Assembly: GCA_902510995.1 (NCBI GenBank)
Contig: CABXDL010000001.1
Location: 49,457 to 113,456, forward strand
Origin: an uncultured Candidatus Actinomarina sp.
GTDB taxonomy: Bacteria; Actinomycetota; Acidimicrobiia; Actinomarinales; Actinomarinaceae
Length of the DNA stretch: 64,000 bases
Direction: 5' to 3'
Of the stretch, positions 1 through 7,777 are shown in pieces. Both the position numbers and the translations under genes were made by a program. Positions within the stretch are counted from its first letter, which is position 1. Each line of letters begins with the position of its first letter. A model generated the notes under the pieces. The model was not told where the DNA came from, did no database searches, and was given only the letters and a program-made list of their open reading frames with translations.

Positions 1-1
1 G

Positions 2-511
2 TATATTGCTATAGCAACAGGCTTTTCAGGTATTGCATATTTATTTATATCAAGAGAAACAGGTTTACTAAATCAAGGAGATATTTTTCTAGGAGGATCC
101 CTAGCTTTCGTTGGAGTTCAAGGTATTGCTTTTGCTACTGTTCTAAATAGAAAATATGCCCCAAAATATAAAGTAACTAGTTGGTTAACATACCAGTACC
201 CCTTAGTACTCGTACTTTCACTGGCTGCATTTTTGATTTCAGGTGTTGGGATAGAACCTCTTGACTTCAGCCAGAAACTAAGATTATTAATTTTAGTTGT
301 TTTTAACTTAGGAGCTTTTATGTCATTTACTTGGTTGATTCAAAGAGTCAGTGCATTGTTGGTAGCAACCGTTGATTATCTAGTACCAATAATAGGAGTT
401 ACAGCAGGAGTAGTTTTTCTTAACGAAGTATTTAATAGAAATATTATTATTTCTGGAATATTTATATTTATATCATTAGTTATAAGTACGAAAGAAGAAT
501 TTACTACTTAA
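2..511 (+). CDS. DMT/EamA-family transporter, 5'-truncated by window edge
   Basis: The frame of ORF 233..511 is open back to base 2; several hydrophobic helices and an EamA-like C-terminus (VDYLVPIIGV...G...LNE). Confidence 0.75.
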   Translation, partial: YIAIATGFSGIAYLFISRETGLLNQGDIFLGGSLAFVGVQGIAFATVLNRKYAPKYKVTSWLTYQYPLVLVLSLAAFLISGVGIEPLDFSQKLRLLILVVFNLGAFMSFTWLIQRVSALLVATVDYLVPIIGVTAGVVFLNEVFNRNIIISGIFIFISLVISTKEEFTT

Positions 512-1086
512 ATAGAATTTAATTCTTTTTTAACTTTTTGTAAATCCTGCCAAGTTAGCCATTTTGGTTTCCCTTTTTCTTTTGAAGGATTTCTAAGCAA
601 GTAAGAAGGGTGGAAAATAGGCATATATTTTATATTATCTTTCTCAATCCACTGGCCTCTTATTTTTGATATAGGTTCTTTGATTCCAAGAAAAGATTGA
701 ACGGCTGTTGACCCAGCAAGGATAATAATTTTAGGCCTCAATAAATTAATTTGTTCAGTTAACCACGGCATACAAGCCTCAGTTTCATTAGAACTTGGTT
801 TTCGATTATTAGGAGGTCTACATTTTACAATATTTGTTATATAGCAATCTTTCAGAGGGTCTATATCAACAGATGAGAGTACCGTATCTAGCATTTTGCC
901 AGCCCTTCCAACGAAAGGTAGGCCAGTAATATCTTCTTGCTCACCAGGGCCCTCTCCAATTATTACAATATGTGCTGCTTCATTGCCTTTTCCAACAACC
1001 ACATTTTTTCTAGTTTTTGAAAGCCCACAAGAATTACATTTAATACATGCTTTGTTTAAATTTTTTAACGAAGAATAGCTTTTCAT
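508..1086 (-). CDS. Uracil-DNA glycosylase, family 4 (Fe-S)
   Basis: CxxC, GEGPG, PFVGRAG, VKCRPP, FHPSYLLR motifs. Confidence 0.93.
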   Translation of the reverse strand: MKSYSSLKNLNKACIKCNSCGLSKTRKNVVVGKGNEAAHIVIIGEGPGEQEDITGLPFVGRAGKMLDTVLSSVDIDPLKDCYITNIVKCRPPNNRKPSSNETEACMPWLTEQINLLRPKIIILAGSTAVQSFLGIKEPISKIRGQWIEKDNIKYMPIFHPSYLLRNPSKEKGKPKWLTWQDLQKVKKELNSI

Positions 1087-1115
1087 ATACAGCTAAGTTT
1101 AATACTCCATAAAAT

Positions 1116-1190
1116 GAGAAAACCCTTGAATACTCCGCTTCTTCAGTTTCCTGAATTAACTTGTTTCAAGGGTTATCTCTAACCCTTCTT
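1116..1190 (-). ncRNA. Candidate structured small RNA or leader RNA
   Basis: 15-bp outer inverted repeat with 1 mismatch (1116-1130/1165-1179); minus-strand hairpins UUCAG-GAAA-CUGAA and AAGGGUUA-GAGA-UAACCCUU. Confidence 0.45.
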
Positions 1191-1270
1191 GTAATGATCA
1201 TCTATAAAGATTTTCTTCACAAAAAGTTAATTTAAAGATATATAAAAATATTTATGAAATCAAAAAAAAA

Positions 1271-2218
1271 TTAATTATTTTTTCCCACTTTTAAATCTTT
1301 TTTTCGGTATTTTAAAACAATATTACTAAAGCCTATGATTACAACTACTCCAAGTACAGCACTGAGTGTTGTTGATAAGAAGTTGTTATTTAAACTTGAT
1401 ATACCGTAATCTTCTAATAATAAAACTATTCCAGTACTCTCAGAAAATCCAAAATCATTAGCAACAGATTCCAATCCATCAGGAGATGAAGAGGCATATG
1501 GGGTTACTAAAGTAAGGCAAAGTAATAAAAATAGAAACAATCCATAAAAAGTAGATTTATTATTTTTTGTATTTTCATCAGTTTTTATATAGACCAAGTC
1601 AGACCTTACTCTTAATAGTAAAGAAACAATTAGTGCTGTTATAACTCCTTCACCTAGTCCAATTAGAAGATGAGATGACAGCATTGCAATTAAGACTTTA
1701 CCTAAAGGAACTGAGACAGTCCCACCAAGAGCATATTCAAATACAAAAGCTATTGAAGAAAATATAACCGACAAAACTCCAGCAACAATTGATCCTGAAA
1801 GTATAGAAACATTGGCTTCTCCAAATAATTTTTTCCATAAAGAAATTGTTAACCAGCCAACTAGAGAAGTGATTATTGCCATATTGAGAACATTTATTCC
1901 TAAAGCACTTAATCCGCCATCAGCAAACAGTAAGGATTGAATAACAACCACAATTGAGATACAAATAATTCCAAGATTAGGACCTAAAACTATTACAGCC
2001 AAAGCACCTCCAAGTAAATGGCCACTAGTGCCAGCCGCTATTGGAAAATTTATCATTTGAAGAACAAAAATTAAAGCAGACATCATACCTGTTAAAGCTA
2101 TTAATTTATCTGCAACCAAACTTTTAGCACTTCTAACATAAGCCCATAAAGTAGCAAAACTAACAATTCCTGATCCAATCGAAACTGGAGCATTGATAAA
2201 TCCATCAGGTACATGCAT
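1271..2218 (-). CDS. CbiM/NikM-type Co/Ni ECF S-component fused to a PDGLE (NikN-like) domain
   Basis: N-terminal MHVPDGF (start 2218), GTSGHLLGG, ADGGLSALG, C-terminal ASSSPDGLE. Confidence 0.9.
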   Translation of the reverse strand: MHVPDGFINAPVSIGSGIVSFATLWAYVRSAKSLVADKLIALTGMMSALIFVLQMINFPIAAGTSGHLLGGALAVIVLGPNLGIICISIVVVIQSLLFADGGLSALGINVLNMAIITSLVGWLTISLWKKLFGEANVSILSGSIVAGVLSVIFSSIAFVFEYALGGTVSVPLGKVLIAMLSSHLLIGLGEGVITALIVSLLLRVRSDLVYIKTDENTKNNKSTFYGLFLFLLLCLTLVTPYASSSPDGLESVANDFGFSESTGIVLLLEDYGISSLNNNFLSTTLSAVLGVVVIIGFSNIVLKYRKKDLKVGKNN

Positions 2219-2246
2219 AACTAAATTATAAAAGCGATGGTTCTTA

Positions 2247-2263
2247 TTGCAACAGATTTGCAA
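2247..2263. promoter_or_regulatory. Palindromic operator candidate upstream of the cbiM/nikMN-like gene
   Basis: TTGCAA-CAGAT-TTGCAA about 30 nt upstream of the ATG. Confidence 0.35.
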
Positions 2264-2271
2264 AAAGCTTA

Positions 2272-3012
2272 CTAAATAATTTTATTTTCTTTTAACCACT
2301 GGTGTATTTCACTTAAGACGAAAGGTCTTGTGTCTTGATTCAAAATTTCGTGTTTTGAGTTTTCAACTTCAATAAAAGTAACATTATTTAATTTAGAGAT
2401 TTTGTTACAACCAGTAATAGGAACTATGGAATCTTCTTTTCCATGAAGAACAATTGTTGGAATGCTCAACTTTTCTATATTGTCATTTACAAAATCCTGA
2501 GCTTGAGTTATTGCATATCCCAATCTAAAGGTAAGGCTTCGGAAAACTAAAGGGTCTTTAAAGTAATCTTCAGCAACACTTTTATCTGTTGAAATATTTT
2601 TTTTTGTTACAGGAGAAGGAGATCTAAATTTTGGTGCGATTTTCGCCATTGGACCAGAAAGATTTCTAATAAATTTAGGATAATTGTCTTGGAAAAGAGG
2701 GGCTGAGAGTATTAAGTAGTCAGGCTTTACTACTTCTTTTAACACAGCATCTGCAGCAACAAGACCACCATAAGAATGACCAAAAAGTATTTTTTTCTCG
2801 ACACTTTGAATATTTTTAAACCCACTAACAACAGCTGAGCTATTTTCTTCCCAGGAACCTATGTCGCCCTTATTGTTTGTCTCGCTACCGTGTCCAGGCA
2901 GGTCGATTAAGTGTGATTGAATATTTAATTTTTCAAACCATTCCGCATTTATTTTTTGTCTACCTTTATGTTCAAATAAGCCGTGTAGTAACAAAACTCC
3001 AGTATTTCCCAA
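2272..3012 (-). CDS. Alpha/beta hydrolase (lysophospholipase-like)
   Basis: HGLFEH, DLPGHG, GHSYGG, HGKED, HEILN motifs. Confidence 0.85.
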   Translation of the reverse strand: MGNTGVLLLHGLFEHKGRQKINAEWFEKLNIQSHLIDLPGHGSETNNKGDIGSWEENSSAVVSGFKNIQSVEKKILFGHSYGGLVAADAVLKEVVKPDYLILSAPLFQDNYPKFIRNLSGPMAKIAPKFRSPSPVTKKNISTDKSVAEDYFKDPLVFRSLTFRLGYAITQAQDFVNDNIEKLSIPTIVLHGKEDSIVPITGCNKISKLNNVTFIEVENSKHEILNQDTRPFVLSEIHQWLKENKII

Positions 3013-3043
3013 TTTTTCTCTTTTCTCTATAAAATTAATATTA

Positions 3044-3766
3044 ATGAATATTGATTATGTTAAAACCCCTTTTACAAATAACCCATCTATGACAAGACTT
3101 GAAGAAGGACCTGCATACAATCAGAATCCTAATGAAAGATATTTGGCAGAAAAATACAAGCAATTAGATTTATATGGTGAAAAATTATATGGTGAAACAA
3201 AAATTTCAAAAGAAGAAAGCTTAAGAGAAAAATTTCTAAAATTTTGTAACTTAGATAACGCCTTATCTTTAATAGAAACAACAACAAGACTTGAAGAAGA
3301 TTTTGCAATTATGTATAAAGGAAAGATGGAGTTAGTTTCAGTTTGTTTTCCAAGTGGTTGGATACCAAAAGATAAACTTGGAAAACACCTTTCAGCTATT
3401 CATGAGCCAATTGCTGATAGCGAGCAGTTGATAAGAGCAAGCGACAAGATTTCAGACTACATGACTAAACAAAGCATAAAGAGGTGGGTTTGGACAATAA
3501 CTACAAGCAAAAACTTAAGCGAGTACCCAGATTTTGAAAAACCAGAAGTCAGTATCTTTGAAAATTTATATTTTAGAGTTGAAACACAGACAACAGCACC
3601 AATAGACAACTTAACAAGTATATTTTTTATTAAAGTTGATGTCTTACCTTTAGCTGAAGCTTGGGATATAAGAATTTTAGAGAGTATCAACTCAATGACA
3701 GAAGAGGTGTTAGATTACAAAAATCTTAGGCAGATTAAAGACCTATTAAATAGAATGGAAGTATGA
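3044..3766 (+). CDS. DUF3445 / heme-dependent oxidative N-demethylase alpha-like protein
   Basis: EDFAIM, VCFPSGW, KLGK.L..IH.P and FRVE.QT motifs. Confidence 0.75.
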   Translation: MNIDYVKTPFTNNPSMTRLEEGPAYNQNPNERYLAEKYKQLDLYGEKLYGETKISKEESLREKFLKFCNLDNALSLIETTTRLEEDFAIMYKGKMELVSVCFPSGWIPKDKLGKHLSAIHEPIADSEQLIRASDKISDYMTKQSIKRWVWTITTSKNLSEYPDFEKPEVSIFENLYFRVETQTTAPIDNLTSIFFIKVDVLPLAEAWDIRILESINSMTEEVLDYKNLRQIKDLLNRMEV

Positions 3767-4176
3767 AAAACGTTTACATAGCCGGACCATTATTTGATGA
3801 TCATGAAAGAAGTTATTTAGAAAAAATAGCTCAGATTCTAGAAAGCTATTCGTACGATGTTTTTTTACCTCATAGAGACGCAGGTCTTATTACAGGTGAA
3901 TTTACTTTAGAAAAAAGAGTGAAAGTATTTGATGTAGATATGGAATATTTAGACTCTGCGGATATAGTTGTAGCTTTATTAACAGGAAGGGACGTAGATT
4001 CTGGAACTGCTGCTGAGGTAGGCTACTCGTATGCAAAAGGTAAAGAACTAATAGGAGTAAACGCAAATAATGTTAAACCAATAAATAACTTTACATGGGG
4101 ATTATTCGAATTTGGTAAAAAAATTGTTGATGATTTAGAAGGACTAAAAGCCTATTTAGAAACAAAAAAAGATTAA
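3763..4176 (+). CDS. Nucleoside 2-deoxyribosyltransferase family protein
   Basis: VYIAGPLF, FLPH, D.DSGTAAEVGY. Confidence 0.88.
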   Translation: MKNVYIAGPLFDDHERSYLEKIAQILESYSYDVFLPHRDAGLITGEFTLEKRVKVFDVDMEYLDSADIVVALLTGRDVDSGTAAEVGYSYAKGKELIGVNANNVKPINNFTWGLFEFGKKIVDDLEGLKAYLETKKD

Positions 4177-4183
4177 ATAAAAT

Positions 4184-4438
4184 CTATTTTCTATTCTTTA
4201 AAATAATAAAGACAATGAAGAAGGTAAAACCAGTTGTTAGAGTATTTGTTGCAACTAAGGGCACATCCTTACTGTAAATTCCATAGATGAACCAAAAAAG
4301 AGAGCCAAAGAATAAAAATACATAAGTCATTAAAGAAAGTCCTTCAGTTTTTTTTGTTTGAACTGTTTTTATAGCCTGAGGCAAGAAAGAGATAGCTGTA
4401 CATACTGCTGCTAAGTATCCGAATATAGAAAAATCCAT
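4184..4438 (-). CDS. SemiSWEET / PQ-loop transporter
   Basis: Three TM helices, SFLPQAIK..KT..LS; likely start MDFSIF at 4438. Confidence 0.85.
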   Translation of the reverse strand: MDFSIFGYLAAVCTAISFLPQAIKTVQTKKTEGLSLMTYVFLFFGSLFWFIYGIYSKDVPLVATNTLTTGFTFFIVFIILKNRK

Positions 4439-4442
4439 AGAG

Positions 4443-4901
4443 TTAAATTTTACTATGGTCCCAAGAGATAAACTTAGAAGGCTTAATAACAACAACTGAT
4501 CTTTTTGGGGCTTGGAGCTTCATACCTTCTAAATATTGTGCACTATCCTCACCTTTAATATACTTGTTGCCAACTATATCCATATATTTAACAACTTCTT
4601 CTGGACTATCTTTACCATTTATAATTTCTGCTTCTCCATAAACAATTATTCCTTGTAAGTCGGAATACTGACTACCAGCTTCTGTTAAAACAGTAATCCT
4701 CGAATCTCTTTGTAAGTTAATAATTTTTTGTGATTTTGTATAAGTATGAAAAATAAAGTTATCACCATCATAGAGATACCACATTGTTGTTAGATGAGGG
4801 CTCCCATCTTTATTTATTGTTCCTATTTGTAAAGAAATTTGATTTTGAAGAAAACTAGTAATTTCCTCTTCAGACATCTTAATTTTATCTCTTAAGCTCA
4901 T
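4443..4901 (-). CDS. Pyridoxamine 5'-phosphate oxidase-like (PPOX class, probably F420-dependent) protein
   Basis: GTINKDGSPH..MWY, SQK..NL.RD.R, ISWDHSK. Confidence 0.85.
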   Translation of the reverse strand: MSLRDKIKMSEEEITSFLQNQISLQIGTINKDGSPHLTTMWYLYDGDNFIFHTYTKSQKIINLQRDSRITVLTEAGSQYSDLQGIIVYGEAEIINGKDSPEEVVKYMDIVGNKYIKGEDSAQYLEGMKLQAPKRSVVVIKPSKFISWDHSKI

Positions 4902-4975
4902 AACTTAATCCTACAAAACTTCGGCAAAAAGGGGGACTTATTATTGTTTATGGTTTATAAATTGAAAAAAGTCAG

Positions 4976-5050
4976 TGGGCCTAGTTAGATTTGAACTAAC
5001 GACCTCATCCTTATCAGGGATGCGCTCTAACCAGGCTGAGCTATAGGCCC
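4976..5050 (-). tRNA. tRNA-Ile(GAT)
   Basis: Reverse complement GGGCCTATAGCTCAG...CT-GAT-AA...GTTCAAATC...TAGGCCCA forms a cloverleaf. Confidence 0.96.
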
Positions 5051-5139
5051 TTACGTCATATATACATTAGTAACGAAAATAAAATATTTCTAAAATTTTT
5101 TCATTTACACTGGAATACAAGGCATAATATAAAAAGCAA

Positions 5140-5212
5140 GGGGATGTAGCTCAGTTGGAAGAGCACCTGCTTTGCAAGCAGGGGGTCGTGGGTTCAAGTC
5201 CCATCATCTCCA
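5140..5212 (+). tRNA. tRNA-Ala(TGC)
   Basis: Cloverleaf, anticodon TGC, G3:U70 identity pair. Confidence 0.96.
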
Positions 5213-5232
5213 CGATAAGGTATTCTAAATAT

Positions 5233-5427
5233 ATGGAAAATAAAGATTTCGAAAACCTAAATGACGAAGAACTCTCAGAGTTAAAAGACTCACTTGAAGA
5301 GACAATTCAAAATAGAAAAAGGAAGCGTCTAGCAGCTTCTAAAAAAGTAATGGGAACAAAAGGGATTGCAACAGCTTGGATTATTATTGCGATACTTATT
5401 TCTATCTACAGATATATTTCATTTTAA
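5233..5427 (+). CDS. Hypothetical small protein with C-terminal TM helix
   Basis: ATG at 5233 (track start 5155 lies inside tRNA-Ala); abuts next gene. Confidence 0.65.
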   Translation: MENKDFENLNDEELSELKDSLEETIQNRKRKRLAASKKVMGTKGIATAWIIIAILISIYRYISF

Positions 5428-5661
5428 ATGGAAATATTAATTGCTTTATTCATTGGGTTCATTATTTTTAGATTCCTTAAGAATTCAATTGGATCTCTAG
5501 CAAATACTCCTCCTGAAATTGACCCAACGGATGTTTTAGAGACATCACAAGAGTTTATATGCAATTCTTGTGGAACAGAGCTTACAGTTAATTTTCAATC
5601 AGTAGTAGTAAATGAACCTCCTAAACACTGTAAAGAAGAGATGGTATTAATAGAGGAATAA
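5428..5661 (+). CDS. Hypothetical membrane-anchored protein with CxxC...HC (possible Zn ribbon)
   Basis: N-terminal TM helix, CNSCG, PPKHCKEEM. Confidence 0.7.
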   Translation: MEILIALFIGFIIFRFLKNSIGSLANTPPEIDPTDVLETSQEFICNSCGTELTVNFQSVVVNEPPKHCKEEMVLIEE

Positions 5662-6605
5662 TGGAAATATACCTTCAAGCTAGAGGAAGCTATCAAACAT
5701 TGTTAGACCTTTCTAAATGGTCTGAAGAAAATCAGATAGAAAGAATCGGCCTACCTGATCATTATATTGTTGGTAAACAACGCCAGAACAAAGATGAAGC
5801 TGCCCCAGCTCTAGATTTAATGACTGCATGTGCTGGTTTGGTAAGAGAGACTCAAAGAATGGTTTATTCAATACTTGTTTCACCAATAACGTTTAGACAT
5901 CCAAGTGTTCTTGTAAAAATGGCTTCAACAATCAATGAAATGGCAGAAGGTAGATTTAGATTAGGTGTTGGTACTGGTTGGTTGGAAATTGAGCATGAGT
6001 TATATGGAATACCATTTCCTGATCTTAAAATAAGATTTGAAATGCTAGAGGAATCCTTACTTTATATTCGAGAAGCTTTGTCCGGGAATAAAAATGGTTT
6101 TAAAGGAGATTACTTTCATTTGGAACAATTTCCTGTAGAGCCAGCAACACTTAAAGATATACCAATAATAATTGGTGGAGGTGGAAAAGTTAAAACCCCT
6201 ACACTTGCTGGAAGGTATTCTGAAGAATTTAATATATATGCCGGTCCTAAAGAGACTCTAGAAAATAGTATTAATCTGTTTAAAAATGTCGCAGAAGAAA
6301 ATAATAGAGATGTAGCATCTCTTGAAGTAACAACTGCCTGTCCACCTGTTGTAGGCTTAAATAAATCAAGTGTGGATGAGTCATTAATTACAGCTGCTAA
6401 AGCATTAACTCAACCAGAAGATGAAATTGCAAAAAATTGGAAAGATAGAAGCTATTTATATGGAACCCCCGAACAAGCAGCTGAGACTCTAGGAATGTGG
6501 CAAGAAGTTGGTATTAGCGCCGTTTATTTACAGCTACTTTCACTAGAAGAATATAAAAGAAAAGAAACAATAGAAGTTATACGTCAGGCAATAAATTTAC
6601 TATAA
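5661..6605 (+). CDS. LLM-class flavin/F420-dependent oxidoreductase
   Basis: PDH, LVSPITFRHP, GRF.LGVGTGW...EH. Confidence 0.9.
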   Translation: MEIYLQARGSYQTLLDLSKWSEENQIERIGLPDHYIVGKQRQNKDEAAPALDLMTACAGLVRETQRMVYSILVSPITFRHPSVLVKMASTINEMAEGRFRLGVGTGWLEIEHELYGIPFPDLKIRFEMLEESLLYIREALSGNKNGFKGDYFHLEQFPVEPATLKDIPIIIGGGGKVKTPTLAGRYSEEFNIYAGPKETLENSINLFKNVAEENNRDVASLEVTTACPPVVGLNKSSVDESLITAAKALTQPEDEIAKNWKDRSYLYGTPEQAAETLGMWQEVGISAVYLQLLSLEEYKRKETIEVIRQAINLL

Positions 6606-6674
6606 ATTAATAAAGCTAAACGCAAAAAATAAATTTGATATATTGATTATAGAAGGATTATTAAAGACTAATAA

Positions 6675-6929
6675 TTAGCGATATTCTGTAGTCATTATGA
6701 ACCCAACCCCAATAAGACCAAGCCCGCTCCATAAATACCATTTCGAGACAGAGCCAGGAAGAACAGTTAGATAATTCAGCACAATCATCAAAACCCCTAG
6801 GACCATTAATAATGTCATAATTACTATATAACTTCTTGAAGAAGGGCCTTTATCTCCAAAAGCTTTTGGAGATAGCTTTTTAGTCTGAGTTGGTTGAGAG
6901 TTTTTAACTCTTTTTTTAGAAACAGGCAT
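6675..6929 (-). CDS. crgA: Cell division protein CrgA
   Basis: MPVSKKR N-terminus, two TM helices, GFIMTTEYR end, near pknB. Confidence 0.85.
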   Translation of the reverse strand: MPVSKKRVKNSQPTQTKKLSPKAFGDKGPSSRSYIVIMTLLMVLGVLMIVLNYLTVLPGSVSKWYLWSGLGLIGVGFIMTTEYR

Positions 6930-6946
6930 AAGGAGATTGTAAACTA

Positions 6947-7777
6947 TTAACTTTTAATTTCAATATATTTATTTTTCGAAATATTTATAAACCCATCTCT
7001 TTCAAGATCTTTTATTAATTTTTTTACTCTATGTTCTTTAATATTTAATTTTTTTGCTAGTTCACAAGAAGTAACTTTTTTTGCATTAATTAATATTTTT
7101 ATAATTTGCCCTCTTTTCTGTCTGTTTGAATTCTGAAAAGGCTCTTTTTTTTGTGTTTCTTCTTTAATATATTTCATACATTGCTTCTCTAGGGGACAAA
7201 TACTACATTTAGGATTTCTATTAGTACAGATTTTAGAGCCTAGATCCATAAGAGCTTGGTTAAAGTCTCTTGAGTTGGAGTAACTTAATAAATCTTTTTG
7301 ATTTTTCTCAATAAATTTATCAAGATTATTTATTTTAAAATATCTTCTAAGTATTCTTTTTACATTTGTATCAACCGTTATAACTTTTTCACCATAAGCA
7401 AAAGAAAGCAAAGCAGAATTCGTATACTCACCAACTCCTGGAAGTTCCATAAAGTTTGGATAGAGGTCTTCAAATGGTTTAGTGTTTAATATCTTTGAGG
7501 ACTGGTGCATTCTTATTGCTCTATTGTTGTAACCTAGACCTGACCAAAGATTAAGTATTTTCCTTCTTGAAGCTAGTGCCATTTTTTCTGGATTTGGATA
7601 TTCTAGAATAAACTTTTTGTAATACTTGTTAGCTCTCTCTAGCTGTGTTTGCTGAGATAGAACCTCAATTAAATATATTTTCCAGGGGTCATTAGTTTTT
7701 CTCCATGAGAAATTTCTATTATTTTTTTTATACCAAGATCTAATATTTTTTTTAAAAAAGTCGATTTCAGTCTTCAA
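6947..7777 (-). CDS. mutY: A/G-specific adenine glycosylase
   Basis: WR...DPW, EV.SQQT, W.GLGY..RA, HhH LPGVG.YT, VDTNV, Fe-S Cys cluster. Confidence 0.88.
   Translation of the reverse strand: MKTEIDFFKKNIRSWYKKNNRNFSWRKTNDPWKIYLIEVLSQQTQLERANKYYKKFILEYPNPEKMALASRRKILNLWSGLGYNNRAIRMHQSSKILNTKPFEDLYPNFMELPGVGEYTNSALLSFAYGEKVITVDTNVKRILRRYFKINNLDKFIEKNQKDLLSYSNSRDFNQALMDLGSKICTNRNPKCSICPLEKQCMKYIKEETQKKEPFQNSNRQKRGQIIKILINAKKVTSCELAKKLNIKEHRVKKLIKDLERDGFINISKNKYIEIKS

Noticed and set aside
5155..5232. N-terminal extension of ORF 5155..5427
   Set aside because: It overlaps tRNA-Ala; the start is more likely ATG 5233.
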